From: Lachnospiraceae bacterium
Lineage (GTDB): Bacteria; Bacillota; Clostridia; Lachnospirales; Lachnospiraceae
Assembly: GCA_017624835.1 (NCBI GenBank)
Contig: JAGAMG010000046.1
Span: forward strand, 45,152 to 109,151
Length of the DNA: 64,000 nucleotides
Direction: 5' to 3'
How positions within the stretch are numbered: position 1 is the stretch's first letter; each line of letters opens with the position of its first letter. Under the pieces are notes generated by a model. That model worked only from the letters and a program-made list of their open reading frames with translations. It had not been told where the DNA came from and searched no databases. Both the position numbers and the translations under genes were made by a program. Of the stretch, positions 25,708 to 35,199 are shown piece after piece.

Positions 25708-26874
25708 ATGAAAGGGCGGAAAATAGGGTTACTCATATTGTGGATATTGTCATTAATAGCCATTTCTTTTTATGGCGGAGCTATCAGCTACGGATTTTTC
25801 TTTTGCGTAACCCTGCTCCCTGTAATTTCCCTGATTTACTTGATTTGTGTTTATGCCCGTTTTAGGATTTATCAGGAAATAGAGAGCAGAACCATTGTGT
25901 GCAGACAGCCCATGCCTTACTTTTTTACCCTGCAAAACGGGGAACAGTTTGTCTTTGCGGGAATCAGTGCAAAACTGTTTTCCAGCCTGTCCTATGTGGA
26001 GGAAATGCCGGATGCAGTGGAATACGAATTACTTCCCGGAGAAAAATACACCTTTCGAACCAAGCTGGTTTGTAAATATCGGGGAGAATATGAGGTGGGT
26101 GTAAAGGAAATTGTGATAACAGATTTCTTTCGAATATTCCGGTTACGTTACAGACTGCCCAGTACCATCAAGGCATTGGTCTATCCCAGAATGTTGCAAT
26201 TAGAGGAATTGAAAACCTTAAGCGACATAAATACCTATTTATGTCGGGAAAATCCATGGATGCGCACGGAGGCGGATGTGACGGTCCGGGATTATGTCCA
26301 GGGGGATTCCCTAAAGTACATTCATTGGAAGGCAACGGCAAGGGAGCAGAAGCTGAAAACCAGAAATCGTGTAGGAGAAGAACAACAGGGAATTTGTCTT
26401 TTCTTTGATACGAGGCGTTACAGTAAAAAGCCCTTAGAATATTTACCACTTGAGAATCTGATTTTGGAATTGGTATTGACTTTGGGGTATTTCTATGCCC
26501 GGAAAAATGTAACATTTACGGCGCTTTACAGTCAGAGAGGCTTGCGGCAGAGCCGCGTAGAAGGAATCAGAAGCTATGAACCCTTTTATCAGGAGATGGC
26601 ACAGGTTGTTTTTGATGAGGAGGAAGCGAGTAATGAGTTATTTGCCGGATTGACAGAACAGGGAACATTAGCAGAAAGCAAGGTAGTGATTGCTGTTTTG
26701 CATGAGATAGAGGATGGGATTATTCAGGTGGCAGGACAATTGGCTGCAGTTGGGCAATTGGTGATATTGTATGTGGTAACGGACGAGAATATAGAGTCCT
26801 ATGTGCGTCAGAGCAGTAGTAGATTGCGGATTATGGCAGTACCTACCGATACAGAGTTGGAGGAATGGTTGTGA
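25708..26874 (+). CDS. DUF58-domain protein
   Basis: N-terminal TMs, KYRGEY, VRDYVQGDSLKYIHWKATAR; follows MoxR. Confidence 0.88.
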   Translation: MKGRKIGLLILWILSLIAISFYGGAISYGFFFCVTLLPVISLIYLICVYARFRIYQEIESRTIVCRQPMPYFFTLQNGEQFVFAGISAKLFSSLSYVEEMPDAVEYELLPGEKYTFRTKLVCKYRGEYEVGVKEIVITDFFRIFRLRYRLPSTIKALVYPRMLQLEELKTLSDINTYLCRENPWMRTEADVTVRDYVQGDSLKYIHWKATAREQKLKTRNRVGEEQQGICLFFDTRRYSKKPLEYLPLENLILELVLTLGYFYARKNVTFTALYSQRGLRQSRVEGIRSYEPFYQEMAQVVFDEEEASNELFAGLTEQGTLAESKVVIAVLHEIEDGIIQVAGQLAAVGQLVILYVVTDENIESYVRQSSSRLRIMAVPTDTELEEWL

Positions 26875-29204
26875 GAACGAAAGGGACACCGCATTTATAT
26901 CAAATTATATATCGTGCGTTCCATGTAGCTTTATTGTTTGCCATCCTGCTTTCCGGTTTTGGAAAATGGCTGGGAGTTTTGCAGATTAACGTGTGGCACA
27001 TAAGTATAGCTGCCATTCTTTTGGTGGGCATGCTTGCGGTAAGCTATTGTAAGATAAGAGGCAAAATTGCCGGAGGGATTTTGGTACCGGCAGTCGCACT
27101 TCTGATAAATCTGGTAACTGATGTGGAAAAAACAGGGGACTTTTGGAGCAATTATGGAGATTGGTTCCTGGGAGGGAGTCATTGGAACACAGAGTGGGTC
27201 AGAGGCTATGAGTTAGTGCAGAGCTGTATTGTGGTGGCAGTGTGTTATCTTCTGCAAATTTTGATGGAACGACTGCCTTGGTTAAAGGACATTTCTGCAA
27301 TTTTACTGTTGGGGAATTTATTTGTCTGCATGTTTCAGAAAAAAGTCTTTGGGGAAGAAGCTGTTTCCTTTGTTTTATGGTACTGTATTCTGCGCTTTGT
27401 GGAGCGGACGGAAGATTTTTGGAATAAGAAAAAAAACGGCAATCACAAGGAATATGTATTGCGGATACTGCCCTTTTGTGCATTATACCTTGTTTTGATG
27501 CTTGCGCTTCCGGCTCCTGAGAAGCCCTATGATTGGAAATTTGTAAAGGAAGCCTATCACAATATTAGTGAGAAAGTCATTATCTGGGTACAGGATATTA
27601 CCAGAAATGGGCAGGAAGATTTTGCAGTGGCAAGAAAGGGATTTTCCGGGGAGGGAAAGCTGATTGGAGGTTTGTTTGATAATGACCGGCATGTGCTTAC
27701 CATACAGGGAACCCAGGGACTACGCACAAATGTATACCTTACCGGAAAAATCTATGATACCTTTGATGGCACCGGTTGGAGCCAGCAGATTACGGAGAAT
27801 ATCAATGAGCAGGGAATGGATACGCTGGAAACCTTGTATGCAGTAAGGCGATATGATGAAGAACTTATGGAAAATTATGTTTTCAGTACAGGTCTGTCTG
27901 TGAAATATGAATATTTTGATACCGGCTGTGTGTTTGTACCCATGAAGTTGCAAAGGCTTGCCGGCTGTGAATATTTGCAAAATGGAAGTAATTTGATTTT
28001 TCCCAAGCAGCAAGGCTATGGAACGGAGTATCAGTTAGTATATTTTCAGTTAAATGTAAATCATCCAAGCTTTTATGAGATGGCAGAGGCTAAACAGTCC
28101 GATAATGAAGAAATCTGGAAGGATGTGATAAGGATTTATGGTTCCTTGGATAATCGAGATATTACCTTGGAGGATTTAAAGGCGTATCAGAAAAAGTTGA
28201 TTGAAAATTATCAAAGGGAGATAGTGATATCAGAGGCAGCTAGGGAATACTTAAATCAAATTACGGGAGAGCAGGAAACAGACATACATAAGCTGTTGGC
28301 AATAGAAGAAGCACTTTCGGGTTTACAATATACGGAAAATCCGGGTGAATTACCGGAATATGTACAAAGTGAAGCAGAATTTCTGGATTATTTTCTGTTT
28401 GAAAGCCGGAAGGGCTATTGTGCTTATTTTGCAACAGCCTTTGTACTGCTGGCAAGGGCAGAAGGAATTCCTGCCAGATATGTGGAGGGCTTCTGTGTGC
28501 CGATAACTGCTGATAAAAATATGACTGTAACTTCAAGTATGGCACATGCCTGGCCGGAGGTTTATCTGGAGGGTGTGGGTTGGATTCCCTTTGAACCAAC
28601 ACCGGGCTATGAAGAACTCCGTTATACCCCATGGAAAATAAAGACAGCATCGGACAGAGTTTCTTCCTGGGAGCCGGAGGAAATGGAGGATTTGGAAGAG
28701 GAAAATGCCAATGCCCAGGAAGCGGCGGAAGCAGCTTTGGAAGAATTGCAATTGCAGAAGGCAGCAAAGAAGGCTGAGGAAAGAAGATTGCTGAAATTGT
28801 TCCTGCTGGTGGGAGCAGTTATTTTGGCAGGGGCTTTATTAATCCTATATGTGGATAAGCTTCTTTTTAGAAGAAAATATGTCCGAATGACTACGGAAGA
28901 TAAGTTTATTGTTGAAGTAAGGCGAAATTTATGGCTTTTATCTATTCTTGGCTTTGTCAGAAGGGATGAGGAAACTATTGCGGAATTGCAGAATCGGATT
29001 AGCAACAGTCTGCCACCGGATTTGACAATGCGATTTATGACTTTTTATGAGGAACGACGTTATGGAAGCCGGGAGATAACTGTTGAAATTTTGGAGATTA
29101 CTAAGGAAGAGCGACAGCGGCTGTTTGTGTGGTTAAAGCAAACCAGACGTTGGTACTATTATTATGTTGTATTGCGGTTTGGTGCAACGAAGGTGGATAG
29201 GTAG
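26865..29204 (+). CDS. Membrane-bound transglutaminase-like domain protein
   Basis: Multi-TM N-terminus; GYCAYFATA, AHAWPEVY, WIPFEPTPG; C-terminal TM. Confidence 0.9.
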   Translation: MVVRTKGTPHLYQIIYRAFHVALLFAILLSGFGKWLGVLQINVWHISIAAILLVGMLAVSYCKIRGKIAGGILVPAVALLINLVTDVEKTGDFWSNYGDWFLGGSHWNTEWVRGYELVQSCIVVAVCYLLQILMERLPWLKDISAILLLGNLFVCMFQKKVFGEEAVSFVLWYCILRFVERTEDFWNKKKNGNHKEYVLRILPFCALYLVLMLALPAPEKPYDWKFVKEAYHNISEKVIIWVQDITRNGQEDFAVARKGFSGEGKLIGGLFDNDRHVLTIQGTQGLRTNVYLTGKIYDTFDGTGWSQQITENINEQGMDTLETLYAVRRYDEELMENYVFSTGLSVKYEYFDTGCVFVPMKLQRLAGCEYLQNGSNLIFPKQQGYGTEYQLVYFQLNVNHPSFYEMAEAKQSDNEEIWKDVIRIYGSLDNRDITLEDLKAYQKKLIENYQREIVISEAAREYLNQITGEQETDIHKLLAIEEALSGLQYTENPGELPEYVQSEAEFLDYFLFESRKGYCAYFATAFVLLARAEGIPARYVEGFCVPITADKNMTVTSSMAHAWPEVYLEGVGWIPFEPTPGYEELRYTPWKIKTASDRVSSWEPEEMEDLEEENANAQEAAEAALEELQLQKAAKKAEERRLLKLFLLVGAVILAGALLILYVDKLLFRRKYVRMTTEDKFIVEVRRNLWLLSILGFVRRDEETIAELQNRISNSLPPDLTMRFMTFYEERRYGSREITVEILEITKEERQRLFVWLKQTRRWYYYYVVLRFGATKVDR

Positions 29205-29342
29205 AAGACGTGATAGAATATTGGTCTAAGCCCGGAACTCGAAAGTATCGCAACGGTTAACAAATAATCGCGAAATAATCGTTTTGTTCTATTGATAGTT
29301 GTATCATATATTGCGTAGAATAAGGGTAAGGAGAATGAATTT

Positions 29343-30467
29343 ATGGATAATATTCGTTTTGCAGAGAATCTTTTAGTGCTTCGTAAAGAGAAGAAGATTA
29401 CCCAGGAGCAATTGGCTGATTTCTGTGGTGTAACGAAAGCATCTGTTTCAAAGTGGGAGACAGGACAGACTCTGCCGGATGTTTTATTGCTGCCAAGGCT
29501 TGCTGCTTTTTTTTCTATCTCTATTGATGAGCTTCTGGGATATGAAATATATTTAACGAAGGAGCAGATACATAAGATATACGAGGATTTAGCAACGGGT
29601 TTTGCTACAAAAGAGTTTGATGTAGCTATGATGGAATGCAGAGAGTGTGTAAAGCAATATTATTCCTGTTATGAATTGTTGGAGAAGATAATACTTCTGT
29701 GGATTAGCCATGAGATGTTGGCGGGAGAAAAGCGGGAAGAATTATTAGCAGAAGCCGGGAAACTCTGTGGACATATTTTGGAAAATAGTAGAAACATCAG
29801 TTTATGTAATGATGTTGTATTTTTGCAGGCTATTGTAGATTTATTGCAAGGTCATCCGTCAAAGGTCGTTGAAGCGCTGGAAGATATGAGCAATCCCTGT
29901 AGATTATCGATTCAGAGTGAGGAAGTATTGCTGAGCGCATACATGGAGTTGGGAATGCAGGAAAAGGGGAATGATTTTGCACAGATAACCATGTATCTTC
30001 ATATATTGTCTCTGATCAGCGAGGCTTGTAAGTTCCTGGAGCTGAATAGAGATAACCGGGAAAAATGTGAGGAAACAAAGCGTCGTATCGAAGCAATCAT
30101 TAAGATATATAACCTGGAAGTAATAAATTTCCACTACGTTACTTTATTTATGTATCAAATGGCAGAAGTATATAGTTATTATGGGGAAAAAGAAAAAGCA
30201 ATCGAACAGCTTACAAAATATGTGGAGGTGTTCGAAAGGTTTTTGAATGGACAGATAAGTTATCTGCAAAGTGACTATTATTTGGACAGACTGCATATAT
30301 GGTTTGAGAAGAGTGTTTTGTCCGGTAATTTTCCCAGAGAAAAAAAGACAGTCTATGATGGGATGCTTCTGGCTCTGAAAGCACCGGCTTTTGATGACTT
30401 AAAAGGGGAAGATGCATTTGTAGCGTTACAAAAGAAGGCCGCAAGATGTTGGAAACACAATACATAG
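29343..30467 (+). CDS. XRE-family HTH regulator with long helical (TPR-like) C-terminus
   Basis: LRKEKKITQEQLADFCGVTKASVSKWETGQTLPD; helical C-terminal ~300 aa. Confidence 0.88.
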   Translation: MDNIRFAENLLVLRKEKKITQEQLADFCGVTKASVSKWETGQTLPDVLLLPRLAAFFSISIDELLGYEIYLTKEQIHKIYEDLATGFATKEFDVAMMECRECVKQYYSCYELLEKIILLWISHEMLAGEKREELLAEAGKLCGHILENSRNISLCNDVVFLQAIVDLLQGHPSKVVEALEDMSNPCRLSIQSEEVLLSAYMELGMQEKGNDFAQITMYLHILSLISEACKFLELNRDNREKCEETKRRIEAIIKIYNLEVINFHYVTLFMYQMAEVYSYYGEKEKAIEQLTKYVEVFERFLNGQISYLQSDYYLDRLHIWFEKSVLSGNFPREKKTVYDGMLLALKAPAFDDLKGEDAFVALQKKAARCWKHNT

Positions 30468-30503
30468 AGCACTTGGTAAATAAAAGCAGAATGGGTGAGA
30501 AGA

Positions 30504-30686
30504 ATGGATAAGACAGAGTGGATTATATGTCCAATATGTAATAATAAAACAAGAAATAAAATAAGACAGGATACCTTGCTGAAGAATTATCCTCTTTATT
30601 GTCCCAAATGTAAAAATGAAGTTCTGATTGAAATACAAGATATGAAGGTAATAATAGTCAGAGAGCCGGACTCAATAGCAAGGTAA
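30504..30686 (+). CDS. Cysteine-rich KTR domain protein
   Basis: WIICPICNNKTR...DT.L.NYPLYCPKCK. Confidence 0.88.
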   Translation: MDKTEWIICPICNNKTRNKIRQDTLLKNYPLYCPKCKNEVLIEIQDMKVIIVREPDSIAR

Positions 30687-30732
30687 TGCATAGAGACGGT
30701 GATATTTGGCTCAGAGTCGCACTATCCGGATT

Positions 30733-31090
30733 TTATAAAATTAAGGACTCTATGAAATGAACCGTAGCTTCCTCATATCTTTTTGGTTCCACCATATAGC
30801 ATAAACCATGTCCCGCCCTGTGAATCTCTACCAGAGTAACCAGGGCGGGATTTACTTTTTGGATTTCTCTGCTCATTTCGCAGGGAACGAATCGGTCATC
30901 ATCTCCATGAAATAATAAAATAGCCTAGTACCGTCAAAGGCTGAAATATACACTTCTTCATAAGGAGTAGCAAGCATCTCTTGTCTGCATTTTTCGATTG
31001 CAGGATGATAGGGAACATATTGTTCTCCTTCGGGAAGAGAATACTGTTCCTCGGGAATCCGTTTGGGGGCACGGAAGAGTTTACAGGTTT
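30733..31090 (-). pseudogene. Alpha/beta hydrolase remnant with internal deletion and frameshift
   Basis: N-part ...PYEEVYISAFDGTRL joins, in another frame, ILLFHGDDDRFVPCEMS...GHGLCY...LIL* (stop 30733-30735); no GxSxG nucleophile region. Confidence 0.75.
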
Positions 31091-31123
31091 GCAAATCGGG
31101 TTTATAGAAAATCAATTGCAATA

Positions 31124-31152
31124 TTGACAGTTGTACAGAAAAAAAGTATCAT
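31124..31152 (+). promoter_or_regulatory. Sigma-A promoter of hisS-aspS
   Basis: TTGACA-N17-TATCAT. Confidence 0.75.
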
Positions 31153-31197
31153 GTAATAGGTAAATTAGGTGCCCGAAAGGGCAGAGGAGATGAAGAT

Positions 31198-32460
31198 ATG
31201 GCACTTAGCAAAAAGCCTACAACAGGCATGAAGGATATTCTGCCGGAGGAAATGCAAATTCGCGATTATGTGATTAGTGTAATTAAGGATACCTACGGTA
31301 AATTTGGTTTTACTTCTATTGAGACTCCCTGTGTGGAGAATATTGCAAACTTAAGCAGTAAGCAGGGCGGCGACAATGAGAAGCTGATTTTTAAGATTTT
31401 AAAGCGCGGCGAGAAGCTGAATGTGGAGGCTGCAACTACTGAGGAAGAAGTAGTGGACAGCGGACTTCGTTATGATTTAACCGTACCCTTGGTGCGTTTT
31501 TATTCCAATAATGCAGCACAGCTTCCTTCTCCTTTTAAGGCATTACAGATTGGTAATGTGTGGAGAGCGGACAGACCTCAGAGAGGAAGATACCGTCAGT
31601 TTACTCAGTGTGATATTGATATTTTGGGTGAGCCCTCCAATTTGGCAGAGATTGAACTGATTTTGGCAACCACTACAACCTTAACCAAGCTGGGCTTCAA
31701 AAACTTCCAGATTCGTATTAATGACAGAAGAATTTTAAAAGCTATGGCAGCATACGCCGGCTTTGAGGAAAGCTCATATGACAGTGTATTTATTACATTG
31801 GATAAGATGGACAAGATTGGCTTGGATGGCGTAAAAGCGGAGCTTTTGCAGAACGGCTATACCGAAGAACAGTGTGAGAAGTATTTGGAATTGTTTATTG
31901 CTATCGAAAAGGAAGAAAACGGTGTAGCGTATTTGGTAAATAAGCTGGCTGATTATTTGGACGGAGAGGTAATGGCATCCTTCCAGGAAATTTTGGATAG
32001 TGTGCAGGCTACAAAAGCAGATAGCTTTGAATTGGTATTTGACCCCACTCTGGTAAGAGGTATGTCCTATTACACCGGTACCATTTTTGAAATTGCCATT
32101 CCTGAGTTTGGCGGAAGTTGCGGTGGTGGCGGACGTTATGATAAGATGGTTGGCAAGTTTACAGGAAACGATGTTCCGGCTTGTGGATTTTCCATCGGAT
32201 TTGAGCGTATCGTATTATTGCTTTTAGAAAGTGGCTTTCAGGTACCTACTAAGCCGAAGCAGGTGGCTTACTTAATTGAAAAGGGTGTCAGTGGAGAGGA
32301 ACTTTGCAAGATTATTGCTCAGGCACAGGAAGCACGTAAGGACGGTACTCAGGTGCTGGTTGCCCGTATGAATAAAAATAAAAAGTTCCAGAAGGAACAG
32401 TTGAATAAAGAGGGCTATGAGGATTTTGTAGAATTTTATAAAGACCCTTTGAAAAACTAG
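31198..32460 (+). CDS. hisS: Histidine--tRNA ligase
   Basis: LRYDLT, WRADRPQRGRYRQFTQCD, RGMSYYTG, GGGRYD, GFERI. Confidence 0.96.
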   Translation: MALSKKPTTGMKDILPEEMQIRDYVISVIKDTYGKFGFTSIETPCVENIANLSSKQGGDNEKLIFKILKRGEKLNVEAATTEEEVVDSGLRYDLTVPLVRFYSNNAAQLPSPFKALQIGNVWRADRPQRGRYRQFTQCDIDILGEPSNLAEIELILATTTTLTKLGFKNFQIRINDRRILKAMAAYAGFEESSYDSVFITLDKMDKIGLDGVKAELLQNGYTEEQCEKYLELFIAIEKEENGVAYLVNKLADYLDGEVMASFQEILDSVQATKADSFELVFDPTLVRGMSYYTGTIFEIAIPEFGGSCGGGGRYDKMVGKFTGNDVPACGFSIGFERIVLLLLESGFQVPTKPKQVAYLIEKGVSGEELCKIIAQAQEARKDGTQVLVARMNKNKKFQKEQLNKEGYEDFVEFYKDPLKN

Positions 32461-32516
32461 TTTTGAAAGAAATAGAGATTAGAAAGCCCCAGTGAGGGCA
32501 GAAATTGAGGTATATT

Positions 32517-34316
32517 ATGGCAGAGTCAATGAAAGGTTTAAAAAGAACCCACCGCTGTGGAGAGCTTTCCCTTGCAAATGTGGGAGAAGTTGTTACCGTT
32601 ATGGGCTGGGTGCAGAAGCAGCGTAATAAGGGTGGAATTATCTTTGTAGATATGCGTGATCGTGCAGGTATTTTGCAGATTATTTTTGAAGAGAGTGATT
32701 GCGGTACAGAAAATTTTGAAAAGGCATCTGCACTGCGCAGTGAGTTTGTAGTTGCCGTTACCGGTAAGGTGGAGAAACGTTCCGGTGCAGTAAATGAAAA
32801 TTTAAGTACCGGTGAAATTGAGGTGCGTGCTACACAAGTGCGTATTTTGTCCGAGGCAGAGACTCCTCCCTTCCCCATTGAAGCGGATTCCAAGACAAAG
32901 GAAGAATTACGTTTAAAATACCGTTATCTGGATTTGAGAAGACCGGATTTACAGAAAAATCTGATTTTGAGAAGTAAGATTTCTACTACCATCAGAAGCT
33001 TTATGGCAGAGGAAGGCTTTCTGGAGATTGAAACTCCTATTTTGCAGAAGTCTACGCCGGAGGGAGCAAGAGATTATCTGGTGCCCAGCCGTGTGCATCC
33101 CGGTTCCTTCTATGCATTGCCCCAGTCTCCTCAGCTCTTTAAGCAGCTTTTGATGTGCTCCGGCTATGACAGATATTTCCAGATTGCAAAGTGTTTCCGT
33201 GATGAGGATCTTCGTGCAGACAGACAGCCTGAATTTACCCAGGTGGATTTGGAAATGTCCTTTGTGGATGTGGATGATGTAATTGCAGTTACCGAGGGCA
33301 TGGTTGCCAAGGTTTGCAAGGAAGCCATTGGACATGAGGTTCAGTTGCCTATTCAGAGAATGACCTGGCAGGAGGCAATGGATCGTTTTGGTTCCGATAA
33401 GCCGGATACCCGTTTTGGTATGGAGCTTAAGGATGTATCCGAAGTAGTTGCAGGCTGTGGATTTGGTGTCTTTACCGGTGCATTGGCAAGTGGCGGAAGT
33501 GTCAGAGGTATCAATGTGAAGGGACAGGCTGAGATGCCCAGAAAGAAGATTGATGCTTTGGTTGACTTTGCAAAGGGCTACGGCGCCAAGGGTCTGGCTT
33601 ACCTGTGTGTAATGCCGGATGGCAGCTATAAATCCTCCTTTGCAAAATTTATGACAGAAGAAGAACTTTCTGCATTGGTAGCGGCTATGGATGGTCAGCC
33701 CGGAGATTTATTACTCTTTGCGGCTGATAAATTAAAAATTGTATGGTCTGTGCTGGGAGCTCTTCGTTGCGAGCTTGCAAAGCAGCTGGAATTGATTGAT
33801 AATGATAAATTTAACTTCCTGTGGGTAACGGAGTTCCCTCTTTTGGAGTGGAGCGAGGAGGAAGAGCGTTTTGTAGCAATGCATCATCCCTTTACCATGC
33901 CCATGGATGAGGATTTGGCATTATTGGATACCGACCCCGGCAAGGTACGTGCAAAGGCATACGATATCGTATTAAACGGTGTGGAGCTTGGCGGTGGTAG
34001 CGTGCGTATTTTCCAGAATGATGTGCAGGAAAAGATGTTTGAGGTGCTTGGTTTTACCAAGGAGCAGGCATGGGACAGATTTGGTTTCCTTTTAAGTGCA
34101 TTCAAGTATGGCGTGCCCCCTCATGCAGGCTTGGCTATCGGTCTTGACCGTTTTGTAATGCTTCTGGTAAAGGCGGAAAGTATCCGTGAGGTAATTGCCT
34201 TCCCTAAGGTAAAGGATGCATCCTGTCTTATGACCAATGCTCCTGATGTAGTGGATTCGAAGCAGCTGGAAGAACTTTGTTTGAAATGTGATGTTCCGGT
34301 AAAGGAAGAGGAATAA
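32517..34316 (+). CDS. aspS: Aspartate--tRNA ligase
   Basis: RTHRCG, RLKYRYLDLR, TPEGARDYLVPSR, FRDEDLRADRQPEFTQ, GGGSVRI, PPHAG. Confidence 0.97.
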   Translation: MAESMKGLKRTHRCGELSLANVGEVVTVMGWVQKQRNKGGIIFVDMRDRAGILQIIFEESDCGTENFEKASALRSEFVVAVTGKVEKRSGAVNENLSTGEIEVRATQVRILSEAETPPFPIEADSKTKEELRLKYRYLDLRRPDLQKNLILRSKISTTIRSFMAEEGFLEIETPILQKSTPEGARDYLVPSRVHPGSFYALPQSPQLFKQLLMCSGYDRYFQIAKCFRDEDLRADRQPEFTQVDLEMSFVDVDDVIAVTEGMVAKVCKEAIGHEVQLPIQRMTWQEAMDRFGSDKPDTRFGMELKDVSEVVAGCGFGVFTGALASGGSVRGINVKGQAEMPRKKIDALVDFAKGYGAKGLAYLCVMPDGSYKSSFAKFMTEEELSALVAAMDGQPGDLLLFAADKLKIVWSVLGALRCELAKQLELIDNDKFNFLWVTEFPLLEWSEEEERFVAMHHPFTMPMDEDLALLDTDPGKVRAKAYDIVLNGVELGGGSVRIFQNDVQEKMFEVLGFTKEQAWDRFGFLLSAFKYGVPPHAGLAIGLDRFVMLLVKAESIREVIAFPKVKDASCLMTNAPDVVDSKQLEELCLKCDVPVKEEE

Positions 34317-34333
34317 GGTGAAATAGATAATTA

Positions 34334-34378
34334 AAAGGCTGTCAGAGTACCGAAAGCTGGTATCTGTGACAGCCTTTC
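34334..34378 (+). terminator. Terminator-like hairpin after aspS
   Basis: AAAGGCTGTCA...TGACAGCCTTT inverted repeat. Confidence 0.7.
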
Positions 34379-34427
34379 CTTGCAAAGATAATTTTGTTCT
34401 TGGGATTAGGACGGAAAAGAGGCATAA

Positions 34428-35171
34428 ATGCAGGATAGAAGGTATTTACTTTCTATAGGGGAGTTGTTGGCATTGGAACCATCCCATGCTTTGTGGGAAC
34501 AGTGTATGGATTTCTTGGATACAGAGCGCCGACAGAGGGCGGAAAGGCTAAAAAGCAGGAATAAAAAGGCAGAGAGTGTTGGTGCAGGTCTTTTATTGCA
34601 GCTGGCGGTGGCTGAAGCGTTACAGGGAGAGCAGCAGTTAAAAGAACAACAGCATTCAAAAGAACAACTGTCCCCAAGGCTGACAACGGAGATGCGAAGG
34701 TTGACGTTTTCGGAAATTATCGAATTATTAAAACAATTCCAACAGTCCTGCCAATTTTATGAATTTCCCCTTCTATTGGAATACACCTTTGGGGAAAGAG
34801 GAAAGCCCTATCTCAAAAATTTTCCCTATTACTTTAGCCTGTCCCATTCCGGGGAGTACATATTTCTGGTGATATCGGATACGGAGGTTGGAGTGGATAT
34901 CCAGCAAAGAAAGCCACTGGGTAACAGTAAAATTGCGGAACGTTTTTTTACAAAGGAAGAAAAGCAGGAGCTTGCGACCTGTAGTACGGAGCAGGAGCGT
35001 GAGCGATGTTTCTATCGGCTTTGGACTCAAAAGGAGGCTTACGGCAAACTGACCGGAGAAGGAATTGCAGCGGTGCTTGCAGGTGACAGGGGTAAAGGAA
35101 AGTCGGAGACTGGCATAAGCGAGTTCTATGAAATAGAAAATTATCAGATTACAATCTGTAAATGGAAATAA
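34428..35171 (+). CDS. Sfp-type 4'-phosphopantetheinyl transferase
   Basis: GKPY, FSLSHSG, VGVDIQ, LWTQKEAYGK. Confidence 0.88.
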   Translation: MQDRRYLLSIGELLALEPSHALWEQCMDFLDTERRQRAERLKSRNKKAESVGAGLLLQLAVAEALQGEQQLKEQQHSKEQLSPRLTTEMRRLTFSEIIELLKQFQQSCQFYEFPLLLEYTFGERGKPYLKNFPYYFSLSHSGEYIFLVISDTEVGVDIQQRKPLGNSKIAERFFTKEEKQELATCSTEQERERCFYRLWTQKEAYGKLTGEGIAAVLAGDRGKGKSETGISEFYEIENYQITICKWK

Positions 35172-35199
35172 ATGAATAAAATAGGAGTATTTGTTTAGG

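Noticed and set aside
14770-31120. Prophage, ICE or transposon call for the accessory block
   Set aside because: No integrase, relaxase, transposase, phage genes or flanking att repeats recognised.
31152-31197. T-box riboswitch before hisS-aspS
   Set aside because: Promoter-to-start distance is only ~45 nt and no T-box motif is present; just a small TGCCC-GAAA-GGGCA hairpin.
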